The notes: generated from the sequence alone by a model not told the origin. Counted from the first letter of the stretch, positions 1 to 11,233 are shown. The stretch is 64,000 nt of DNA from Marsupella aquatica (GCA_973895155.1 OZ316894.1:16350116-16414115), one strand, 5' to 3'. Made by a program: numbers and translations.

Positions 1-28
1 AAGGCTACCGGCTTTTTCTTATTTGCAG

Positions 29-1996
29 GCAAGGAAAGGTCTATGCACGTGCGTCGAGTGGTAAAAGATTAGTTGGGGGAGAGTTCCATTTTAATTATCC
101 GAGTGTCGGGGCCACAGAGACTCTCATGATGGCTGCCACTTTGGCTGACGGAAGAACTGTGTTGTCCAATGTGGCTCAGGTGTGACCACATTGCTTACAT
201 TACTTTCCTTGCTCGATCTCTGCCCTCCTCTGTTCGGGTTTTCTGACTGAATTGCCGTGCAGTACAACTTCAACAGGTTCATTCAGTTTCCTCTCTTGAA
301 TGGATTCTTCCTGCATTTCATTTTCTTTCGCAATTTTCTCCTCTTCGAACCGCTCTCCTTCCATTCAGCTAGGCATGGTGGCTCGTCCTAGCTCCCTCCG
401 TCAGCGCAATACAATGCTTCTTCTGTGTATGACAATTCTTGGGTATCGAAGAACAGTACAGTAGTAGCTTAATAAGCTACGAGCGAATCCTGCAATCGCC
501 GCAACCAAAGTGCTTGATATCCAGTCCACGTTTCCTCGTCTACGGAAAATGTCATGTACAGAATTGAAGCTGTCGTGTCATCAGTGGGGTCCTTGATACA
601 GCCTCTGTGAGGAGTTTCCCTTCCAGCGTCCTTTTGGCACTGGTCGGTGTCTCTCTGTTGATTAGTTGCTATATCGTCTCTGACACACTTCGTTGTTCCC
701 AGGAACCAGAGGTGGTCGACCTTGCTGAGTTCTTGATCTCATGCGGCGCTTGTATCCATGGAGCTGGAACCGGGACTATTGTGATCACTGGTGTGAAAAA
801 ATTGCACAGCACGGACTACACAATTATACCGGACCGTATAGAGGCCGGGACGTTCCTAATTGCCGCTGCGATTACTCGGTCTGCGATCTCTATGTCCCCC
901 GTTGTCCCACACCACCTGACGGCGGTAGTCGACAAGCTGCAACACATGGGCTGTCAAATTCGGCAGACAAGCCTCGACAGTTTGGTTGTGAGATACTCAT
1001 CCTCAACCCGTTGTCCACCACAAATATTCAAAAATTGTGCACGAAAGTTCTTGATGCATTTCACCTTCTATTTGGCGCGGTACAATTGGCATACTTTGAG
1101 GCGTCAAAGATATCAGTCATGAGTGGGGCAATATAGAGTCCGGAATCTATACTGATGAGGACAATGTCGATGTCTTGAAAACAATTGCAGATTAGTTCTG
1201 CCCAAATTTCTCGAAGCTCAAGTATTACGACTCTTCCTTACCCTGGATTCCCCACTGATCTCCAACCCCAGTTCATGACACTGTTAACTACATGTAGCGG
1301 ACAGGCCATAGTTGAAGAGACTGTCTTCGAAAGTCGGATGCGACACGGTAAAAGCTCTACACGTCATTACCTCCACAATGTGTTGTAATCATGGGACAAG
1401 TTTATCAAAATGACACAGCCGGCTTGTACTTTTCCTCAGAGTTCTGAATGTCGTCTCGAATATGAATATTTCACTTTGGTTTGAGCCTCCAATGCTGTAA
1501 TTTGCAGTGAAAGAGCTTCAAAGGCTTGGAGCAACAGTCAGGGTGAGCAAGAACGTCGCTGTTGTTCGCGGAAAAGATGAGGGCAGGTAAACTTCAGGGA
1601 AGCATTTCCTCCAAGTTAGGACTGTCCCTCGAATGCGAAGTTAAACAGATCTCGTGTATGGTCTAGGAATAGCAATGCTTTCGCGTGTATTGTCAGATAA
1701 TACGAAAGTCAACTTCGAAGATATGAAAAAAGTGACAATATGAACGCGTTTCCCCCCTGACCCTGAAAGGGCTAACGTCGTTTTCTTGTCCTTTTCCCCG
1801 CAGTCCCTTAGTTGGAGTACCAGTTACTGCCACGGATCTGAGAGCTGGAGCAGCTCTGGTGCTTGCAGGCATGGCTGCCGAGGGTACTACTCTTGTTGAA
1901 GGTGTAAGTCACATTGATAGAGGCTACGAATTATTTGATAAAAAGCTTCGTGGGCTTGGAGCCAATGTGCTACGCCTTCCCATACCTTCCTGCTGA
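29..1996 (+). CDS. murA: UDP-N-acetylglucosamine 1-carboxyvinyltransferase (MurA), 3' part; the 5' exons lie upstream of the window
   Basis: GT-AG exons 29-179, 703-987, 1191-1347, 1508-1586, 1804-1996 splice in frame. They give the MurA motifs [72 protein letters not shown] and HIDRGYE. Stop TGA at 1994-1996. Confidence 0.95.
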
Positions 1997-2932
1997 GTTC
2001 ATCGATCGCTCGCATTTACTGTAGAGTTCCCTGTTAGTGTCATTGATGCCGACATAGTTAGCAGCATTGCTTTCTGTAAGATAGTAGTTCTCTTTTGCAT
2101 CACACATTGTTATTGGAGAGGATATGGACTGTATGGACGGCAGGCCTCAATCCAATCCAGGCATTCTTCATCCTTTGCACGATGAGCGAAACCAATTGCA
2201 TTGGATATCAAGTAAGTGATGACTTCAGATAGTCTTCGAGAGTAGTAACCTTTAATTCATTGGGAATAGGTGGAACAAAGTAGTCACTGCCCTGACTTTT
2301 GATTTTGCCAGTGTTTGTCCTCGAGTGCAAATCTCTTCTTTGCTGTCAGGGTCGGTGACACCCGGCCTACCCAGAAAATTAGATGCTTGAAATGGATAGA
2401 CATTCATAGCTCAACTGCTGCAATGAGAAAATTGCGGCCCGACTTTGTACCAAACTGAGAACTTAAATTTTTGTATGCTGTATGCCTCAACAGCTGCATC
2501 AAGGATTTATTTTCTGTTGTGATTGTCTCACGGAACGGTGTTCTGTTCGTCCAGGAAGTCTCATATATCTGCGACAGGAAAGGTGCATGATGTTGTCTCT
2601 GATGCCATCCTTCGCCTGTCGACCAAGATCCTCTATGGCAATATGTTGACAGTGCTCTCTTCCATAAGCTCCCACTGTGATATGGTTGTTTTCCACAGTC
2701 TAGTTATCTCTCTGAGTAGCTTGTCATACTTGGATACCACTAAGATCTCGGGTTGTTTTGCTAACAGCGTGAGTGCCTTCTGGTACAAGAGTTGATTTCC
2801 ATCGAACACTCGGGAGACTTCTGGTTATGCTGGAAACTAGGAGTTACTCGAACTCCTTGAAATCCACCTCTATGCACGCTTTTCTCTTTACACAAATCCT
2901 CCAAGTAATAGAAACATAAGAGAAACAAGTAC

Positions 2933-2988
2933 TGGTGGATGGCGGGGACTTGAATTGAACCCCAAATCTTAGCAGCCGTGCAAGCGAG
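2933..2988 (-). other. Degenerate tRNA-like 3' half ending in encoded CCA (tRNA-Ala-like), or a primer-binding-site-like tract
   Basis: The minus strand reads CTCGCTTGCACGGCTGCTAAGATTTGGGGTTCAA-TTCAA-GTCCCCGCCATCCACCA. It has a GGGG/CCCC T-stem with a duplicated TTCAA loop and an ACCA end. No D-arm is recognisable. Confidence 0.35.
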
Positions 2989-3875
2989 AAGGAAAACTCA
3001 TACTCATCCTGACCGACCATGCACAGATAGCTCTACTCTAACACCCCACTTGAAATCCCTGCACCCCAAAGTAAACGTGTCTACTCCCAACTTCCAAACT
3101 CGTGCGAGGCAGCAGCTTGTGCACAAGTGTCCTTCCTATATATCCTTTGAGTCCTTCCAGAAACCCTAGGATTAGAGCCTCGCACTTCAGTCAAATGTCC
3201 TCCAGAACTGCTCCAAGCAACAAGTCTTTCATAAAAAGCTGAAGTACTGAGCGTCCTCTGATCTTCCACGGAGCCAAAGCGTGATGCTAGATGTGAACTT
3301 AACAAGCTTGAATCAATTGCCCAGTTCTCTTAAAAGCATGATATTGAGACAAGTTTGGAGGACACCAGAGCAAGAGAACTGATTGGAAAGAACACTTATA
3401 ACCTTTGCAGCAATTAACACAACAATGGGCGTGAATGTCCTTTGGGTAGACAAAAGCTCTTCCAGCATTTGTATCGGTTTTGCAGCTAGAAAACTGACTT
3501 TGTTGAGCCAAATTGACAGTTACAAGCAAAAAGACCAACCCAAAGGGCATGAGTATCTCCGTGATTTCGTTTCCAGGTGTTGGAATTCAGGTAGTGAGGT
3601 GACAGGATTCATTATTAGATACTCAGTGACCCCTAGGCTATTGAGATGCTAATCAGATGGTCACTGCCAAATATGGTGGGTGTGGCATGCTGGTTGTGTT
3701 CTTTGCTAGTCTTAAATTGCCACTCCACCAGGTTTTGGGAGGACAAGATAGTACACATTTTTATTTTCTTAATTAGATTAGTGACCAGTTTTCCATGTAT
3801 TCACCAGGTTTTGATTTGGAGACAGCGGCAGCAAAAACTTGCCTTTCCCAATCCAGTTGTTGCACCTGCCATTGC

Positions 3876-4705
3876 ACCAGAAAGTTTTCCTGCCAAAGTC
3901 ACATTTTGTAAACAGACCATGAGAAAGGTAGAAAGAGAACGATAAAATGGGATTGTGTATTAGAGTGTTTAGATTCAATTAAACCTCAACTTGTCGTATA
4001 CAAGTCATGGGTTACCTTTAGTTCTGATTACAAGTTCAGTTTCACTAAGGATTGTGCCGACTGCTCCACCTTTTATGGGGAGCACACTGTTCACCACAAG
4101 ACAAGAATGAGTAGCAATGAGGCAGGGAAGGGGCTTTTGTAGGGGCAGGTGTGGTTTAAAGAACATGACTCACTATCTTGGGCCCCATTATCCAGTCGAG
4201 AGGTATCTACAATGATAATAAGTGATCCTGCCTTTTTTTGTTATTTGTCTCAATACAAAAAAGCTCCTGAAAGCTCTTGAAGAGGAAAGATACACAACAG
4301 TTGGACTCCATTAGTTCTTTCCTTGACCATTGATCGAGAAAATGTGCACCCTGGGCACATATGTGCTTTCTTCTGCCTGCCCCATTAATGACCCAGCCCG
4401 AGGTAGTCCTTGCACTGTGCAATGCACAGGCATAAGGCTCATATAATTAATATAATATGTATAGACGACTATGGCCAAGATGAGGAGAAGCCAGCCATGG
4501 CAGCGCTAGCGTCCACCCCTTCTTCCCATTTCTTTTGGGTATCCCACTGTCTTTCCATGGGCAGCAAATGCAGACCCGCTTTCTTTCTATAGATTAGCAA
4601 ACACCCACCCGCTTTCTTTCCACAGCGTGCACACAACATGCCTCAACACACCGGTCCCCAACACTATTACACTAGTTTGGACCATGCATTGACATTGCAT
4701 GGACC
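3876..4705 (-). repeat. Inverted copy (A) of the solo-LTR-like repeat at 13224-13752, with a different middle segment
   Basis: 3876-4206 is the reverse complement of about 13400-13752. 4667-4705 is the reverse complement of 13224-13262 (39 bp, 2 mismatches). Confidence 0.85.
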
Positions 4706-5306
4706 AGAGTCATAGTTTTCTCTAGAGTAGTGTGATACCCCACATGGTCCCATCTATCTAATAAAGCGCAATGCAAAGCTACTTTCTAGGGCTAGGGTCA
4801 GGTCTAGAGTGAAACCTATAGATTGTAACTCTCAATAAGGACACAACTGACCGTGACTCTAGATGAGGACAAAACTGAAAGTGATGGTGGAAAAAAAACA
4901 GGGATGGGGCAAAATTTTGGGCAGATTTGTGTTTTGTCTTCATCTCTATTCAGTAGCAGGGCTAGGAGATCTATACTTGCAAGCCATATCTCTCGCTCCA
5001 TTTGGTATAGTTCATGAAAAAAAACCTTTTAAGATAGGAGCCTGAAGTGGAAGGTTCAGTGCATACAAGCTCAGTTTTGCTAAATGCCTGAGGGCCCACT
5101 TCTTTCGCACTGGCAATAGATTTAATGCAGTTTGTGGCAAAATTGTGGAGATCAAATACCATGTATTTCTATCATTTTATTTCTGTCTCTCGTTGTACCT
5201 TGTTGACTCTCTGTCAGTAAGTTTGTTCGTTCCTTCTGAGGGAATTTGTTCGCTTCTGAGGGAATTCGGCTCGGATGATCTTTGCCAACAAAAGCATGAG
5301 GAAGCG

Positions 5307-6297
5307 ATGAAGGGTGTGAGTCTGAGCAGAAAGGTTGTAGCGGAGATTCATAAAGCAAGCGGTCATCTACCGCTGCGATCGCAGCTCTTGTCAACATTTT
5401 CAAGGAAAGAGAAGGGCAGAAGCGACGATGGCACAGGCAGCGGAGTAAGACTAGGGAAGGTTTTCAGTCAGGAGGGCTGCTTTAATTTTGATGACGTCCA
5501 GTCCTACACTCAACTCACCGGAGACTCCAACCCAATTCATGTCAGTGCTTCTGCAGCTCAAGAAGCAGGCTTCGACGCTTGCCTGGTACCCGGCATGCTG
5601 TGTGGCAGCCTCTTCCCAGCCATCATAGGCTCTCGCTTTGTAAGTCTTGCAATTTGTTTTTCTTTGCCATGAAGGGAAAGGATGAGTCCGTGATAATATC
5701 ATGTACAAGTCGCTCGAGTCTTTTGACGATTTTCTCTCTGTGCGTGTGGAGCAGGTAGGGGCAGTGTATGTCTCGCAGGACTTGAAATTCAAAGCGCCTC
5801 TAATGGTGGGTCAGTCTTTTATAGCTGAAGTGGAGGTGTGTACAATTGTGAAACTCAGGCAGCAAGCTAAGTAAGTTTGCATTTTTCCAACAGTCGAACG
5901 GGTTCTTAGCGGGCAGACAAGCATCGTAGCAGAATTTTTTAAGACGCCTCTAATCAGTTGCCTCTCGTATAGCTGCGCAAGTGCGACCTTATCCTCAGTA
6001 TAGATTCCTCAAGTTGTTTTCAAGCACGCTGTACAATGAACCTGCCGGAAAATCCTTTGGTGGATGCCAGTTTGACACCCGCGGTGTTGAAATGAAGTGA
6101 CTGAGATACTACTACTGTTGGCAGTAGTGGTGAACGTAGCATAAAACCTTTTGACTGATCTGCGTTTCAATGGTGTGGGTTGCAGAGTTACATTCTTTAC
6201 ACGTTGTGTGAGAGAAAGAGAAGAAAGAAAATCTATCTTTCTGGATGGTCAGGCTGTTGCTTTGGTGCCGATGTCTTTCATTGCCGACTCACGGTGA
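5307..6297 (+). CDS. MaoC-like hotdog-fold dehydratase (3-hydroxyacyl-thioester/ACP dehydratase, HTD2-like; probable organellar presequence)
   Basis: Exons 5307-5639, 5755-5870, 6186-6297 with GT-AG junctions. Hydratase motif YTQLTGDSNPIHVSASAAQEAGF...VPGMLCGSLF, followed by GAVYVSQDLKFKAPLMVG and LDGQAVA. The N-terminus is basic and Ser-rich. Confidence 0.88.
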
Positions 6298-6920
6298 TTT
6301 AGTCCTGAATGTTTCTACGCACATTGGAAAGACATCCGACAACGGACATTGCAGGGTAGGTGAATTTAAGGTCTTTAAAGTAAACACACTGTAATGTAGA
6401 GGGCTGGGTTCACTTTCCAAAAGTACCTTCAATCTCGTCTTATCTAATGTTGCTACAAGTTTTGCATCTCCAATGAGCTTTTACAGAATGCCGATATGGT
6501 AATGCGCTCGAAGTGCTTGGATCCGGCAGCTTCTCGCGTCACGAGGTACGACCAGATAAAGGATTCTTAGCTCTTTATTCTTGGTCAGACAAAGTTACTG
6601 TTTCCTCAATATCTCGGGCTTCATTTCAACAGTTTTACTCAGTTCGGGAGCAACTTTTGGGATTGCAAGGTGCGTTCGATCTTTTCAGTGATAAACAACC
6701 TATTGATAAACAACCTCATGACGATGCATATCAAGTACATTAAACTACATCTTCTAGTAGTACTTTAAAGCCGTCATGAGACATTCCCATTAAATGGATG
6801 TCCATCTTTCGGACAAAGGAAGGACAATGGAAAGCTTTAGGAAGGAAGAAAAGACGTTACGGGTTCGTCGATCCAGTGAGGATGTGCTTCCTTGATGAGG
6901 TACTTGGAAGGGGCAACTTT

Positions 6921-7214
6921 TATTAGAAAAGGTTTAATTGGTAGGCCACCGTCCTTAGTTGTAGGCCATCGTCCTAAGTGGTAGGTCACCGTCCTTAGTT
7001 GTGGGCCACCGTCCTAAATTAGTGACTTAAATTAGACCATGAGTTGAACTATGTTATAGGCACATGTGAGGGAATGTGTAGCATGAGAGAATACACGATA
7101 TTCTGGTTTGACTTGACTTGGCATCCAAGGGATGTCCTCCATGTATAAAATCCTTCACTACTCAATGACATACACACCGCATTTCCACATTCTTGGGCTC
7201 ATGGATTTTTAACA
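6921..7214 (+). repeat. 5' LTR (294 bp, TATT...AACA) containing 4 x 20-bp tandem units
   Basis: Direct repeat of 10915-11233, followed immediately by the PBS. Unit GTAGGCCACCGTCCTTAGTT at 6941-7020. Confidence 0.95.
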
Positions 7215-7661
7215 TGGTATCAGAGCCTTGTTACGTTACTTCTGAATTGTGGGACTTCATATTTCTTATGAGGAGAGGAGAGTTGGTGGGACTTCATATT
7301 TCTTATGAGGAGAGGAGAGTTGGTCTAGAGAGAGGATTCCCCCTCTAGAACTACTTGAATCAAATTTGAAGAAATAAGAATTGGACTCAGTTCCCTACCA
7401 ATTGATGAGAAAAGTTTTTCAAGCAGGTACATCGGGCAGCAAGACAGATTTTTTTGGGGGGAGCAGTTGAGGCCAAATCTAAGCACGATTACATGACATT
7501 TCAGAAGGAGCAGAGTTTGTCGAATTCACGTTTTGGGAGAGAGGACGCTTGATCTCAAATTTTGTTTTTGGCATTGTGAAGAATGTGACGACGCAGATGC
7601 AACGGAAAGCATTCCGAGTAGGTCATCTGTGGTGAGCAACAATAGAAGTGTTCTATTGTGA

Positions 7662-9449
7662 ATGCAGTGCTTCTTGCAGTGGTCAAGAAGATTTTTTGCG
7701 GTGGCAAGAAGATTATTGGATAGTGATCCAGTCAAAGGCGATTCAGTGAGGATGGTGGAAAAGGTGCTTCATGTACCTTGTCTCACAAAGAACTTATTTT
7801 CAGTGAACCAACTTGATGAAGAAGGAGGAGAGGCTATCATCAAGAAAGGTTCATGTACTTTGAAGAGTCCAAGTGGCTCTATCATTAGTACTTGCTTTAC
7901 TGTTAACAAGTTATATAAACTTGGTGTAACTGTAAGCCTCCATAGTGCAAATATTGCTATCACAACAAGTGGGGCGATGTGGCATAAAAGGCTTGGCCAC
8001 ATCAATGAAGCTAGAATGCAACAACTGCAAGACCACAACATGGTGGAAGACATTGGTAAATTTGATGGAGTTTCTTTGTCTAATTGCGGAGCCTGTGCAA
8101 AGGCAAAGTCTACAAAGTTGAAATATCCGAAGGGTGGAAGATCAAAGGCAACTGAACTTCTTGCCTTAGTTCATTCAGATATTTGTGGCCCAATTCGCAC
8201 TGCCACTCATTCAGGCTATGTCTACTTCATCACATTCATTGATGATTTCTCGAGATATTGTACCATATATCTCTTGAGGCACAAGTCAGAAGCCTTTGAG
8301 AAATTCAAAGAGTTTAAAGCTCTTGTAGAAACACAAACCGGCAAAAAGGTTAAGGTGTTGCGGTCTGACAATGGAGGAGAGTACAAGTCGACAACCTTTG
8401 ACCTATTTTGCAAGGAACATGGGATTGCAAGGCAATTTATAGTTGCAGAGACTCCTCAACAAAATGGAGTAGCTGAGAGAAAGAATAGAACACTAGTGGA
8501 GGCAGTTCTATCCTTGTTGAATCATTCAGGTCTATCTCAATCCTATTGGGGGGAAGCTATTCATACAGCTAACTACCTTCAAAATCGAACACCCACAAAA
8601 GCACTACATGCCGACAAGACACCATATGAGCTTTGGTATGGGAGAAAACCAAACTTGTCACATCTTAGGGTTTTTGGATGTAGAGCACATCTTAACATCA
8701 ACAAAAACCATCGAGGGAAGCTTGACAATCATGCCAAAGATTGTATTTTTTTGGGATATCCAGAAGACTCCACATCAAGAGATGTCTATAGAGTTCAACA
8801 AACAACCGATCGCAAGGTGATTGTGGCAAGAGATGTTCGATTTAAAGAAGACCAGCCCGGTGGAAAAGGCCCAGTTACTTCAGAGTTGGATGATCCGGTG
8901 CTATTTGAACTTCCAATAGCACTAGCACCAACACCAACTCCAGTGGGAGCACCAGTGCTAGCACCGGCACCAGGTCCAGTGGGAGCACCAGCACTAGCAC
9001 CAGTGGGAGCACCGGCTTTAGCTCAAGTGGGAGCTAATGCACCTGATGTTAGAGAAGAGGCTACTGAAATATCAGGCACATCTACTTCAAGAGGACCACA
9101 ACCAAGTAGTTCACTACCACGATCCAGGTCCACAGAATCATTTGCAACACATTTTGATGAATTTGAAGGTTCAATAGAAGGTGATGCCTCTACTCACGTT
9201 GAATTCTCAGAACCTGAATTTGGAAGGGGAAAGAGGAAGAAGATACCAACGAGGAGATATGGTTTTGACTCCGATTCAGCCATTGTGGCCCTAGTGACTG
9301 AATCTGGACCAAGAATGGCGGAACCTATTTCTTTGAAGGAGGCACTTACAAGACCAGATGCAGAGCAATGGAGGAAAGCCATTAATGATGAGTTAGACTC
9401 ATTGAAGAAAAACAACACATGGACCATAGTCAAGCTTCCTCAAAATTGA
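7662..9449 (+). CDS. Copia pol, 5' part: protease C-terminal remnant, GAG-pre-integrase zinc finger and rve integrase
   Basis: Motifs VLHVPCLTKNLFSV, WHKRLGH...C..C, LVHSDICGP, FIDDFSRY, LRSDNGGEY, TPQQNGVAERKNRTL and HLRVFGC. Ends at an in-frame TGA at 9447-9449. Confidence 0.93.
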   Translation: MQCFLQWSRRFFAVARRLLDSDPVKGDSVRMVEKVLHVPCLTKNLFSVNQLDEEGGEAIIKKGSCTLKSPSGSIISTCFTVNKLYKLGVTVSLHSANIAITTSGAMWHKRLGHINEARMQQLQDHNMVEDIGKFDGVSLSNCGACAKAKSTKLKYPKGGRSKATELLALVHSDICGPIRTATHSGYVYFITFIDDFSRYCTIYLLRHKSEAFEKFKEFKALVETQTGKKVKVLRSDNGGEYKSTTFDLFCKEHGIARQFIVAETPQQNGVAERKNRTLVEAVLSLLNHSGLSQSYWGEAIHTANYLQNRTPTKALHADKTPYELWYGRKPNLSHLRVFGCRAHLNINKNHRGKLDNHAKDCIFLGYPEDSTSRDVYRVQQTTDRKVIVARDVRFKEDQPGGKGPVTSELDDPVLFELPIALAPTPTPVGAPVLAPAPGPVGAPALAPVGAPALAQVGANAPDVREEATEISGTSTSRGPQPSSSLPRSRSTESFATHFDEFEGSIEGDASTHVEFSEPEFGRGKRKKIPTRRYGFDSDSAIVALVTESGPRMAEPISLKEALTRPDAEQWRKAINDELDSLKKNNTWTIVKLPQN

Positions 9450-10886
9450 AAGGCGGTGGGCTGCAAGTGGGTTTTCAAGTTGAAGTACAACCCGGATGGA
9501 AGCATTGCAAGATACAAAGCTAGACTTGTAGCCAAAGGCTATTCTCAAGTCTATGGGGTTGATTACTTGGATACTTTTTCACCAGTAGTGAAAATCACAT
9601 CTATAAGGCTCATTCTATCCTTGGTGGCCTTTTATGACCTTGAGGCCATCCTTTTAGATGTGAAGACAGCATTCCTGAATGGTATACTCACGGAACCAAT
9701 CTACATGGAGTTGCCTGAAGGATTAGAGTGGTTGGAGAAAATTCTTGACCCTGAAATGGTATGTCTCCTATTGAGGGCATTATATGGCCTCAAGCAATCC
9801 TCTAGGTTATGGTATAAGAGGATTGACACTTTCTTGTTAAGCATTGGCTTTAGAAAGTGCATAGCTGACTCAAATGTGTACTATTATGAGTCAGGAGGAA
9901 ACTTTGTGATATTAGCTCTATATGTTGATGATTGCATACTTGCAAGCAATGACACCAACATATTAGCTGAAGTCAAAACGACACTCATGAAGGAATTCGA
10001 GATGAGTGACTTAGGCAATATACATAATTGCCTTGGTATGGAAATCTCTCGCAACAGAGAAGAGGGTTGGCTCAAGATGTCTCAAGAGAGATACATCTTG
10101 GACAAATTAAGCACTTTCAACATGGAGAATTGCAAGGCAGTGCATACTCCAGTTGAGTTGGGCTTAAAGCTAAGCAAGGAGGATAGCCCACAAACTGAAG
10201 ATGAAAAGTTACAGATGGAGAGTGTACCATACCAAAATGCAGTTGGAAGCCTCATGTGGGCTATGATCTGCACAAGGCCCGACTTATCCTATGCAGTTGG
10301 ATCAGTGGCACAATTCATGTCCAATCCAGGTCCAAAGCATTGGATGGCTGTGAAGCGAATTTTTCGGTACTTGAAGGGCACATCAAGTATGGGTTTGGTG
10401 TATAAAAGATCAAAATCTTTTATTCCCTTACATGGATATACTGATGCTGATTGGGGAGGAGATATTGACACAAGAAGATCAACCTCTGGCTATTGTTTCA
10501 TGCTCTCAGGTGCAGTAGTGAGTTGGGCAAGCAGAAAGCAAAAATCTGTAGCCTTGTCTAGCACCGAAGCAGAGTACATGGCCTTATCAAAGGCATGCAC
10601 TGAGATAGTATGGTTGAAAAGACTTCTTGGAGACTTGCATCATCAGCAAGCAAGAGCCGTCATTCATTGTGATAATCAAAGTGCTCTTAGCTTACTTGAA
10701 GCGTCTCGGCTTCATGATAGGAGCAAGCACATCGATATTCAATATCACTTTAGTAGGGAACTAGTTGATAGTGGTGAAATAGAAGTAATCTATTGTCCCA
10801 CCGAGGAAATGGCAGCGGACATTCTCACCAAAGGACTTCCAAAAGACAAACACATTTATTTGAGAAAAATGCTAGGGCTTTATTAG
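9450..10886 (+). CDS. Copia pol, 3' part: reverse transcriptase (RVT_2) and RNase H; same frame as the upstream ORF
   Basis: Motifs [69 protein letters not shown] and ADILTKGL. Confidence 0.95.
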   Translation, partial: KAVGCKWVFKLKYNPDGSIARYKARLVAKGYSQVYGVDYLDTFSPVVKITSIRLILSLVAFYDLEAILLDVKTAFLNGILTEPIYMELPEGLEWLEKILDPEMVCLLLRALYGLKQSSRLWYKRIDTFLLSIGFRKCIADSNVYYYESGGNFVILALYVDDCILASNDTNILAEVKTTLMKEFEMSDLGNIHNCLGMEISRNREEGWLKMSQERYILDKLSTFNMENCKAVHTPVELGLKLSKEDSPQTEDEKLQMESVPYQNAVGSLMWAMICTRPDLSYAVGSVAQFMSNPGPKHWMAVKRIFRYLKGTSSMGLVYKRSKSFIPLHGYTDADWGGDIDTRRSTSGYCFMLSGAVVSWASRKQKSVALSSTEAEYMALSKACTEIVWLKRLLGDLHHQQARAVIHCDNQSALSLLEASRLHDRSKHIDIQYHFSRELVDSGEIEVIYCPTEEMAADILTKGLPKDKHIYLRKMLGLY

Positions 10887-10914
10887 GGTTCTAATTTAGT
10901 CACTAAAGTGGGAG

Positions 10915-11233
10915 TATTAGAAAAGGTTTAATTGGTAGGCTACCGTCCAAAGTGGTAAGCCACCGTCCTTAGTTGTAGGCCACCGTCCTAAGTGGTAGGC
11001 CATCGTCCTTAGTTGTGGCCCACCATCCTAAATTAGTGACTTAAATTAGACCATGAGGTGAACTATGTTATAGGCACATGTGAGGGAATGTGTAGCATGA
11101 GAGAATACACGATATTTTGGTTTGACTTGACCTGGCATCCAAGGGATGCCCTCCATGTATAAAACCCCTCACTACTCAATGACATACACACCGCATTTCC
11201 ACATTGATTTCTTGGGCTCATGGATTTCTAACA
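10915..11233 (+). repeat. 3' LTR (319 bp, TATT...AACA) containing 5 x 20-bp tandem units
   Basis: Direct repeat of the 5' LTR with one extra 20-bp unit and a 5-bp indel. Preceded by the PPT and followed by the TSD. Confidence 0.95.

Larger units (their letters stand above)
6921..11233 (+). mobile_element. Ty1/copia LTR retrotransposon, gag-deleted, pol with one nonsense codon
   Basis: LTRs 6921-7214 and 10915-11233. 5-bp TSD ACTTT at 6916-6920 and 11234-11238. PBS TGGTATCAGAGC (initiator tRNA-Met) at 7215-7226. PPT AAAGTGGGAG at 10905-10914. Domain order is INT-RT-RNaseH. Confidence 0.97.

Noticed and set aside
29-1996. Bacterial contamination suggested by murA
   Set aside because: The gene has canonical spliceosomal introns and is contiguous with plant genes and plant TEs.
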